From Lama glama (taxonomy: Eukaryota), in the NCBI GenBank assembly GCA_028534125.1, contig CM052820.1, positions 1,674,001 to 1,738,000 of the forward strand: a stretch of DNA of 64,000 nucleotides. Reading direction: 5' to 3'. Under the pieces are notes generated by a model. The model was given only the letters and a program-made list of their open reading frames with translations, was not told where the DNA came from and searched no databases. Of this stretch, positions 13,911 through 24,075 are shown in pieces (position 1 is the first letter of the stretch; every line of letters begins with the position of its first letter). Position numbers and translations under genes: made by a program.

Positions 13911-16699
13911 GAGGTCAGTGCCCAGAGCTCCCATCCCTGTCCGGTGTTTTTGGCCAGCCCAGAGGTGGAGCCAAAGAGCAGTTTCCATATGCCCTTGAAT
14001 CCTGTCAGGGCGGCATTTCAGAAGTGTCTCGGGAACCGTGAGCTTCAGGCCACAGGGCCAGTGCCCCTTGCCTCTGCCTGCAGACCCCAGGTGCCCTGCA
14101 GGTGCAGGGGGATGTGGGTGCACAGAGCTTCAGGGAGAAGGGGTGGGGGCCGCTCTGACCAGGAGGAGGGCCCCGGGCTGGCTGCAGGGCGTGCCCCTGA
14201 CTGGACTTGGGTTGGGGCGGCGTTCAGGGCAGCAAGTTCCAGAACCTTCGCTCCATATGTTCACCTCTCCTGATTTCGCTCCCTCTGCCCATCCCACGGG
14301 TGTCTTTGGGGCTCCTGCCTCCTGCCTGTCTGGGTCCGGCCCCCAGCCAAGGGCGCTGCCCCCCGTACTGCCCAGGATGGGCAGGTGCTGACCAGTACTG
14401 GGAAGGATGCAGGAATTTCATGCAGCCGAGCACATGGGGAAGCCGGCTCCACACCCAGTTCCCGGGAACCAAGCAGTGGTGCCTGCCGCCTCCTGCTGAG
14501 GACGGTCCTGCTGAACAGGGGTTTCTCCTGGTTTTTTTTTTAAGCACCCTCTAACTTGCAGGAGGTTGTAATGTATTCAACGCGGTTATTTGCTTTCCTC
14601 TTACGCGTTCAGGCACGAACCCCGCCCTCCCAGAGGCTGACAGCTCTTGGCCGGCGTCCGCAGGCGCACGTGCATGCCAAGCATTTTCATTTCAAATTTC
14701 TAGACGCTTAATGTGTCAGCAGATTTTTGGAATCCAAAGTTACTGCTGGAAATGATTTTGCACCCCTGCCTCTAGTTTGCTTAATCCATATTCTTTTTCT
14801 TTACGTCTCTTTCTTTTATGACCTGTCCACTTCAACCTACCTGTTTAAATACTTGTTTATAGATGGTTGAGTTTTAACAGTCCTTCTCTGTAAGACTGAG
14901 GTCATAGCTGAGGTCTACCTGGAATTAGCCTTAGAACCTGGCCTAAAAGCTGCTTCCTGGACCGAGACGTAAATGGTATCTGTGGCTTGTTGATAGTGGC
15001 CGCAGATCTTGAGTTTATTTAACTTCGGCAGTTACCTACCTAATGGTTCATGTTGTCAAGATGCCTTATTCAGGTGGATGCCGGTTTAAATTGTGTGTTA
15101 ATTTTTACAAATCACATGGTAAAGTCAGTTCAGCTCCTGCAAGTTCATAGAAGATGGAAAAGGAGTCACAGGAATGTGAAGGGTGCAGTTTTCATGGGAG
15201 AGGCTCACTGTACTCACAGGGGGCTCTTTGAGAATTCGATCACGTCCTTTGTGGATTTCAAGTAGAAATCCTTAGAACAGGACAGTTCCCTGAGCGCTTC
15301 TGTGACGCCGAGGCCAAGGCCGAGGCTGGCCGCTCCACGTCCTCTGATCCAGAGGCAGCGTGGGGGCCTCACACAGGAGGGGGTCCTTGTGTGGGAGGGG
15401 ACCACTGGCCTGGCTCTGCACCCCCTCCCGCTGGACAGAGAGAAGCTCAGCACCCCCCACCTCCCTCATGCGGAGGAAGCTGGGCTCCCCTAGCCCGGAG
15501 ACAGTCTCCCGGAGGAGCCGCGCCGTCCGGTGCAGAAAGCCAAGTGTGGTCGGAGGCATGCCGCGGGCGCGCTGACCCGGCCCGGACTCTCCATGGAGCC
15601 CTGGGCAGCTGAGCATTTTCATAATGGGGCAGGTGGAGGCGGCCAACACCGGAAACATGGACAAGTCAACACACCAGGCGATTCCCAGAAGGCTGCTTTA
15701 TTTCCAAAAATAAATTAGGTTTAAAAAAACAAGACAGGCTGGGTTGTAAAGAGGAAATGATAACTTTGCAAATGTCGGATGTTTGCTTATTTTGTTCCTG
15801 GACAATTATAATACAGCGAAACCGTGCTTTCCTTGGCAGTGTCAGTCACTTTCTCTAAATCATAGCTTGCCGGTGCTTTTGTCTAGGAGAAGGCGACTTC
15901 TTAAGTAGCCCTCTAGGCGTTACAATTCAGCGTGATGTGTGGCCAAACATCTGTCCGGGTGAGGGCGCACTCAGTTTCCTCCCCAGTGAAGAGAGCCGGT
16001 CTTTCTGTTTTCCCTGATGGCACGAGGACGGCGTTCATCAGGTGTGTGTTTCCAGATGACGCCGAGTATGACAGCATCAGAGCCACCTGGGGACCGTGCA
16101 GGGCTCGGAACGTCGATGCCCACGCCGGGAAGGTAGTCCCTCCGTCCTTCATCGGAGTGAACGGCGGCGCCTCCTGGCTGGGGCTGCGGCCCACACGCCG
16201 CTGTTTACAGTAACTCAGGATGACTTTCGACTCATATTTTTTTTACCTTGCAGATGAAATTTTAAAGCACCCACAGCATTTCTCATCCTTAACTATTGAG
16301 TCCACTGTGAGAAGCAGGAGAAAACTGGTCCAGGGCCGTTACCAGTGTTGTCTCCGTACACCACCAGCGAGCGCTGGGACGGGCCACCTGCTCGTCCTCT
16401 TCTTTGTGTGCTCTTGGTCCTGCACGTGTCCCTGAGGGTCTCCTGAGGAGGGGACCCTGCGTGAATGAAACAGTGTTCTTATAGCAAAGAATGTCATTTT
16501 AGTGACAAAACGATGTGAAATACTGCAGTATTCAAGTCCTTGGAGGATGCTGCCTGACCACACACAGTAAATAAGGTCCCGAGTAACCGGCACAGCTTTC
16601 CCCAACCCCCCGAGCATCCCCGTGTGTAAACACGTGCCCTCCCCGACTTCCCCGGCACGTGCGCGCGCGCCCCTGGTCAGGTCTGTCTGCATCTGGCCG

Positions 16700-16915
16700 C
16701 TTCCTCAGAACACATCCTGCAAGAGGAGTTGGTCTCTAGGATCAAACGTTAGGTCAGTTTCTCAGGCTTCAGACGTGGACTGCCAAACTGTCCTGCAGAA
16801 AGAGCGGGCCCGTGTATAACCCACCTGGCAGTGCGCTTCTGCTTCTCTGGGTTAAGATGCTGGAGTCACTTGAGAATCTTTGCCAACTTGATAGGTTCTT
16901 AAATATGTGTTTAGA
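16700..16915 (-). mobile_element. Old LINE-1 (L1ME-like) remnant
   Basis: 'ggactgccaaactgtcctgcagaaagagcgggcccgtgtataacccacctggcagtg' resembles the antisense L1 motif 'tattgccaaattgctctccagaaaggttgtaccaatttacactcccaccagcagtg' as recalled. Confidence 0.45.
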
Positions 16916-16926
16916 TTTTTAGAGAT

Positions 16927-17112
16927 GTTTTTGTTTTTATTTTTATTTTTTAATATATTTTAGTTGAAGTTTAGTCAGTTTACAGTGCTGTGTCGGTTGC
17001 TAGTGGACAGCACGGCGACTCAGCCGTACGGGCGCACACGCATTTGTTTCCGTGTTCTTTTTAACCGTAACTCACTACAAGATGGTGAGAGCAGCTCCCT
17101 GTGCTCTGCAGC
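16927..17112 (-). mobile_element. LINE-1 3' end fragment with T-rich tail on the + strand, strongly GC-shifted
   Basis: 'tagttgaagtttagtcagtttacagtg...agctccctgtgctctgcag' aligns by eye to the reverse complement of the L1 end at 59440-59600 in this window. Confidence 0.8.
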
Positions 17113-17666
17113 GCGGAGATGTTTTCAGGTCACGGGTGACGCTGAGTCTTTTTTCCCCCTGACTTTCGTCCCCATGTTGGTTCCTCTTTGCCATCACTTT
17201 CCTCAAATTGCTGTTAGATTTGCACGCTCTCTACATGCTGCTTTTGCGCCACGCGTGCCCGACTCTGGCGTCACCCTTGTTTGCCTTTTATGTCGGGGTT
17301 TTTTTCATCGGTGTTTTCCCCCCTAGTTCCTACCTCCCGTGTTATGTTTGGAAGGACGACTCGACCCCAGGAGTGTATTTTAAGCACATTGTCATAGATC
17401 TCATCCTGAGAGCTTGCTGATGAATGAGTGATCTGAACCAAAGCAAACAAGAGTGTGATGGGTGCAGATTTCCGTGCCCGTGGCCGGCTTTGAAATGTCG
17501 CACTCGCCTGCGTGCTGTAGCTTGCTACGTACTTTTGCCCCGGGTGTTCCACAACTCGGCGCGGGCCGCCCTGCAGGCCTCCCTGCAGGTGTTTCCCCTG
17601 GTGTGTGTTGCCCGGGCGTGGCCGGGGCAGACCCCCCGTGACGGCCCCCATGCGCTCTGTCTCCAG

Positions 17667-17783
17667 GCCAGCTTGGCGCACCGACTGGTGACCCGGGAAG
17701 GCTCCGTGGGCCCGCTGCCCCTCTACACGTCACCCTCCTTGCCCAACATCACGCTGGGACTTCCTGCCACCGGCCCGTCTGCT
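17667..17783 (+). CDS. HDAC4: HDAC4 exon 10 (117 bp): [39 protein letters not shown]
   Basis: ctccag| acceptor and |gtaagt donor. Contains PSLPNI, the PxLPxI ankyrin-repeat (ANKRA2/RFXANK) binding motif. Confidence 0.96.
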
Positions 17784-17870
17784 GTAAGTAGGCGTCCGTG
17801 GGTCTGCGTGGCGGTGGCCCCCAGCGGCTGTCGCCAGCCTGACCCTGGACGTCCGGTTGTGCCTCTGCAG

Positions 17871-18069
17871 GGGGCGGCAGGCCAGCAGGAAGCTGAGAGG
17901 CTGACCCTCCCAGCCCTCCAGCAGCGCCTCTCTCTGTTTCCCGGCACCCATCTCGCCCCCTACCTGAGCACGGCGCCCCTGGAGCGGGACGCGGGGGCGG
18001 CGCACAGCTCCCTCCTGCAGCACATGGTCCTCCTGGAGCAGCCGCCCGCACAGACGCCCCTCGTCACAG
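17871..18069 (+). CDS. HDAC4: HDAC4 exon 11 (199 bp): [25 protein letters not shown]...[16 protein letters not shown]
   Basis: ctgcag| acceptor and CAG|gtgagt donor; in frame with exon 10. Confidence 0.95.
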
Positions 18070-21000
18070 GTGAGTGCCGGCCGGGCCACGGAGGGAGGGC
18101 CGCAGGCTGCCGTTTCCACCCCCAGGGCTCCCGTGCGCCGCCCCCTCGCGGGAGCGTGTGCTCGGATGAACCAGGTCTACCTGCAGCGCCAGGTACAGCA
18201 CAGAGTGTCTGATGTACCTTCTGTTCAATTTCTGAGAGGAGGTTAGCAGCCCCGGCGATATGTCTGCCGTTTGGGTCAAGTTGGACACGCGATGGGCACA
18301 GTGTGGATTCTGGTAGGTGTTCGATTTCTATGGGCAGTAAAACTTCTTCCCATGTGCCCTGTCTAAGGGGTGGTTCTATTCAGAAAACAGCAGGGAATTT
18401 GTTGTGAAATTCACACAGCAGCAACAGCGTAGAAGTGTTACACAACTGTAGGGTTTGCTGTGACACAAGGAGGGCCCTGCTGTAGGGCTGTCATCCCCCT
18501 CCCAGGCCCCACCCACAGCTGGGGGTCAGCTTCCCCCCAGACTTTATGAAGGTTGGCTGAGCTCCAAGTACCCATGGGGCAACCCTGACCCCCAGGCCCT
18601 CTTCAGCCGCTCTCTGTGATGGTCTCAGTGGTTAGGTTACTCTTGGTTTTATCATTCTTACCCTCCCTTACTTCCCCACCTGCCCGTCTGTCCTTAACAG
18701 GGTCTCGTGGGCCCTTCCCTGACCCCAGGTCTCTCTGGGGTCACCCTGCACCCTGGGGGAAGAACCTCCAACAGCGTCCCCATTCTCCATCCATCCTCCA
18801 GGCCCAAGGAGCCCTTCTGCTGTCCAGCCTGGTGCAGGCCGGTGTGGGAGCATCAGTGTGTGGCCATGAACATTGAAAGTTAAAAGCACAGGGAAAATGT
18901 GGTTTTCTAGCCCTACGTGCGGCTCATCCAGTGCCCCCCGCACCCACCCGGTGTTCAGTGCATGCTGGGTACACAGTGGGGATTTCTGCGGTTGAACTGC
19001 GTGAAAGGCAGCTCGTGTCTAAGCAGAATCAGGAAGGGGCACTCACTGACTGCTGGCCTTTGGCCGGCTGTCTGAGGCTCCCGAGTGGTCAGCCCACAGC
19101 TGCCCTCTTGCTGATGGTCACTATGGATGGACAGTGTCAGGGCTTGTCATTTCACAAGTGCTTTGGAAGCAAGTCCCTGTGGGAGGAGCGGCCAGCCCGG
19201 GTCCAGCGGGGAGCAAGGGTGTGGGGTCTCAGGCCCACGTCCCCTCTCCCCGCAGGTCCACGTGGTGCTCACAGTGGCTCCCGCATCCACAGTATTAGCT
19301 GCCCCAGCCAGGCCCTCAACAGACAGTGGTTGTGTTCTCAGATCTTCTGAAGAGAGCAGAGTGCCCTGAAACAGTCCCAGGGTAGAGTCTCTGAGCAGCC
19401 GGCCAGGGCAGTGCGCACAGATCTGCCACCGTTTGGCAGAAGGAAGCTGTGTGTGCAGCTCATTGTGCTGCTCCCGTGGCTGGACACACGTGGGGTCCAG
19501 GCAGCCCAGACGAGTGCAGCGCTCCTGTGGCCAGCAAGCAGAGCTTTCAGACCAGTGTCTCCAACATGCCAGGCCCCAGGGAGGCCGGCCCCCGAAGACC
19601 CACTGAGAGCTTTGTAGTTGGGGCGCGCAGAGGAGAGGGCTAGCCGCGAGGGCACGGGGACAGGGTGCGGTCCAGGAAGGCTTCCCAGGCAAGGTGCGTC
19701 TTCCCCGAGACCCTGCTCAGGAGTCACAGCTGAGTGGAGGGGGCGGGCCGGCAGCAGGAGCCAGTACTGCCCAGTGGGTGTGACGTGTCGTCCGTTCTTC
19801 CAGCCCCTGGCCACTCACCGGCGCTGTGGTGTGGCCGTGTAGCTGGGACCTGGTTAGCCGTCCCAGAGCTCCCGTGGAAGCTGATGGTCCAAGGGGGCCC
19901 GGCTGGGTTTCTGCACAGCGCCCAGGCCGTGCTTCTGTGCAGCCGGCATTGCAGACCTCTGGCCGCGTTCGTCTCACCTGAAGAGCCTTGAAGACTTTCA
20001 CCACAGCAGGGAGGGCAGTGGGCACTCCACAGGGAACGGTCAGGTCTTGGGCCACGGGAGTCACTCCTCTTGTGTGGATTCCTCTGCTTGGACAGAACCC
20101 GCAGCGCCAAGGCCGGCGCTTCAGAACCGGGCCCAGAACCCAGAGCAACTTGGCTTTTCAGCATCTTTTCTCTAACCTAAGTATGGACCTGGTGGAGGTG
20201 TCTCCGCAGTGCCTTTGTTTGCAGCTTCACTTCATGTGAATGAAGTCAGCCCAGGTGGCTGAGAGAAGGCCAGGTGCTCACTCAGGAGCTGTCATAGTCA
20301 TGGCTACCACCACCACGTGTACATCGCAGACCCCCAGGGCAACTGGCCCACCCTCATCCCCCGGGCAGGAGCAGGGGGACCCTGGGGGCCTTGGCTTTGG
20401 TGCCATGGGCCGGAGGAGCAGAAGCCACAGCTCAGCCTCCCGGCAGCTAAGCACCAGGGGCGCGGCTCCAGGGCAGCCCGGCCTCCCTGCCCAGAGCAGG
20501 TCCCTGCGTCCCACCTCGCTCAGCTCTGCACAGCCGGCCTCTGCTGGCAGCTGGGCAGCTGGGACAGAATTCGATCCAAACCTAATCGCCCTTATACTTG
20601 AAAGTTTTACAGTGTGGACCGAAACCGACCAGTTCAGAGTTATCATCCAAACCTCTTGTCAGTGACCTAAGGGTCATCTTTAGGTTCTGAACCAGAAACT
20701 ACCTGGCCAGCTGATGGGTTTGCTCCAGAAAGTCAGGACGTCCGGTGTTCGGTGATGCTGATCAGTACACTTTTGCCCGAGTGTGGTGGCCCCACAGCGT
20801 TACACTCCAGAGGAACTAGAGTGAAGTCAGAGTGAGCAGGATGAGGGTGGGAGGTGATGTGGAGCCAGAAGCGGACCGGGGTCCGGCCCAGGCAGCTCCG
20901 TGTCAGACAAGGCGCCCACGGGCTCTGGGTCTGAAAGCTAGGCCCTTCCACCGTCGGCCCGCGTCCCCGTGGGGACAGTGGCCTGCGTCCTCAGGGAGGT

Positions 21001-22819
21001 GTCTGCCCTGCGAGAAGGCAGGGGTCTCTGCACGCCGAGCTGCTGGGAGCCTCAGCGCGGGGCTGGGGGGCTCCCAGTGGGCCCCACACCAGCGCGGAAA
21101 CCCGAGGCCCCTCCTCACCGCTCCTCTGAGCTCCTTGTTTTCCATCCCACGTCAGCCCTGGAGGGTGATCTCTGTGGAACTGGGGCTTCCTTCCCCAGAC
21201 CCAGGAGGGGCTTCTCTGGGTGCGAGGCAGGGTCAGCCCGCACACCCCGCCCGGGGTCTGCTCCCCGGCACTTACCGAGCCTTCGCTCTCGTGACGCTGA
21301 AGCTTTGAAAACGACTCTGTTTTCTGAGACGGGAGCTCGTCAGTGACTGAGTAGCCTTTTAATCCCATGAGGGCAGTGTTGTGACATCCGTCTTTTCTCC
21401 GGGAAATAGTTCAATCCCTGCGATGCCTCGATCAGCAGTTGCTGAAATGCCTTCTTTAGGGTGAGTCTGTGGGTTTTTAGATTGTTCTAGAAAACTTGGG
21501 AGAGACTGAGTCTTCCTTTTGAGTTACTCGTTGTAATTTAGTAGCCAAGCAGACAGTAAAACTGAAGATCACTTATCCTTCCAGAAAGTTACTGGATTGT
21601 GTAAAAAGTGATGATGGTTTAGGAGACGATGGTTGATTTGCTTTTCGAAAAGAGAGCAAGGGACAGTTCTGCTAAGGCTGGATCTTTTTTTTTGTTTGCA
21701 CACGGAGTAGTATTTTTAATTTAGAAGTAGCCCCCACGAGAGAACCAGGAAAAGACTGAGAGTCAGTACCCACCAGGGGTCTCAGGCTCGACAAAGCATG
21801 ATGAGATATTCCCACTGGCTTTGGAGTCCCTTGGAGGAAGACAGGAGCCACCGCCTGTCAGCAGGGCCGCTGGGGCAGGTGCCACGTTGCAGGCATCGTC
21901 CACTCGGCGCAGCCGACAGCTGGGATTGGTCTGCTCGTTTGTCGTCTCCCCAAGTCAGACGCCCTGCTCTGGGGTCACATCAGTCTGAGGGATGTGTGGG
22001 GATTCGCCCCACCAGGTGGTCAGGGAACGGTGTGTTAGACCCTTTTGCCCTCAGAACCAGGGAAAAATGGTAAACTAAACGAACAATTTTTAAAGCAAAA
22101 AGACTGGTGGTTGGAAGGATACAGAAAAAAAAAAGTGTTTAACTTCCTGGGTTCACTGAAGAGGTTGCATTTAAAATAAGATGCAAAAGCAGGTTAACAG
22201 CAAGGGCATTGTCCCCTGTCAATACGGACACTCTGTCCAGGTCCAGCGAAGCCGCCGTGCTCGTGTGCAGCAGGTGGGTGTGTATGTTGGCAAAACTTCT
22301 CCATAAACTCGTGCAGAGACTTTGACCATGTGCATCAGGATTTGTTAAAGTGTTAATGCCCTCTTGATGTGTAAAACCGAGGCTTTAAGAGACCCTGGAA
22401 ATGGTTTGACTCGTGAGGACAGGTTCCTTCTTCACCAGACAGTTTCCTTGGAGGTCAGGGCAGAGCTCGCCTGCGGGTCCTCCAGAGCCGGGGCCGCCTT
22501 CCTCAGCCGGGCCCTGGCCAGCCTGCCTGCCCGCAGCGCTGCTCAGAGCCACGCCTTCCCGGGCCAGGGCCCCGCTTGGAGGCTTGGATCCCGTTTGCAG
22601 CGTGGGCCTGGCTGTCAGGAGACAGTGGCCTCCGAGTGAGCGTCTCTGCACCCGAGCCGAGCTCGGGGCATCAGCACGCCTGGAGCAAGGCCGGCGGGCC
22701 GCAGGGATCGGTGCCGGCCGGCGGGGGCAGTCTTGTGGTCCGCCAGCCACTCAGCAGCCCTCCCTGCCTCCCCTCTTCCCCTCCTCCCTCTGCCGCCTTT
22801 TCCTCCGTGTTATCTTCAG

Positions 22820-23058
22820 GCTGGTGTCTTTCAGGCCTGGGCGCGCTGCCCCTGCACGCACAGCCCCTGGTGGGGGCGGAGCGCGTGTCCCCGTCTGTGC
22901 ACAAGCTGCGGCCGCACCGCCCGCTGGGGCGCACCCAGTCGGCACCCCTGCCCCAGAACGCCCCGGGCCTGCAGCACCTGGTGGTCCAGCAGCAGCACCA
23001 GCAATTCCTGGAGAAGCACAAGCAGCAGTTCCAGCAGCAGCAGCTGCACGTGAGCAAG
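22820..23058 (+). CDS. HDAC4: HDAC4 exon 12 (239 bp, or 224 bp from the second acceptor at 22835): [GWCLS][10 protein letters not shown]...RTQSAP...QQQQLHVSK
   Basis: Two ttcag acceptors 15 nt apart and AAG|gtgggt donor. Contains the RTQSAP 14-3-3 site (S467 equivalent) and a Gln-rich tract. Confidence 0.95.
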
Positions 23059-23649
23059 GTGGGTCTGCGGGCGCGACGGCCCCCTCTGTCCTAGAGGGGG
23101 GCAGGAGACGGGGCGGGGGGGGACCCTGGCCGCAGCACACGGCAGGGCCAGGAAGCTGTGTACGTGGGCTCGGGGCGAGCCAGGCGAGCGGCACAGGCCC
23201 TGCTCAGCAGTGGGGGGGCAGCTGGAACGTGTTGGGTGTGTGCGCCGTCTATGTCCCTGGGGGATGTGCGCGGCTCGCTCGGCCTTGTGTTCTTGAGTTT
23301 CTTAAGGACATTACTCTTCTTAAGCAAACTCCCCTTTACGATGGCACAGAGCCCCCAGAGGACACTTTCCAAGCCCCTGTCACTTGCACTCTGCCTGCCT
23401 GTTGGAGTGACCGCATCAGGAGGGGTTTATGCCCAGGCGAGCCCTGGGGTCCATGTCCCTCCAAGGTCTGGGACGCCGCTCACACGGCCCACTCTCAACA
23501 GGAGGTAGTGGAAAGGTTAGTGTTGCCCTGCTGGGTGTGAAAGCAGGGAAATGGCGATCCTGAATCACGTTTCTCAGAGGCCGGCGTTTAAAGCAGAGCC
23601 TCTCTAATCAGAGAATGAGATGACCACGTTGCAAAGCGGTCCGACATGG

Positions 23650-24075
23650 TCAGCACGCCGCCCAGCAACTCCGGTCCCAGTGTCTGCCCCGGAGAGCGGA
23701 GGGCACGGCGGCCGTCTCACGAAGGCTCGCCCCAGTGCAGCTCACGACAGGGGACGGTGGGGCAGCCCAAGTGCCCGGCAGACGGCGGGTGGCAAACAGC
23801 CCGTGGCACGTCCATGCAATGGGACACTATTCAGCCACAAAAACTAAATAAACACCTCGTGTGGATTCCACGTAGATGAAGCGTCCAGAACAGGCAGGTT
23901 CAGAGACAGAAAGGAGGTCGGTGGTTGCCCACAGCTGGGGCTACCATGCTTCCCCTTGAGGCGCTGAAATGCTCTGAGGTGGAGTCTGGTGGTGGTGGCA
24001 CGGCGGTATGGTACAATTTGAAAGCGTGACTTTCATGATGTGCGAATTACATCTGCGTACAGCTGTCAACAAAAG
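23650..24075 (+). mobile_element. Old LINE-1 (L1MB/L1MC-like) ORF2 end and 3' UTR fragment, GC-shifted
   Basis: 'gtggcacgtccatgcaatgggacactattcagccacaaaaa', 'tccagaacaggcaggttcagagacagaaag...gtggttgcc' and 'atgtgcgaattacatctg' match recalled L1M 3' motifs. Confidence 0.7.

Noticed and set aside
13151-14123. ORFs spanning N runs (also at 28570-28957, 57066-57677 and 58712-59288)
   Set aside because: They are open only because N codons are not read as stops.
14320-14360. 'CLSGSGPQP' as the missing exon 9 (SAPGSGPSSP)
   Set aside because: Only a 4-residue match; the flanking translation and splice phase do not fit.
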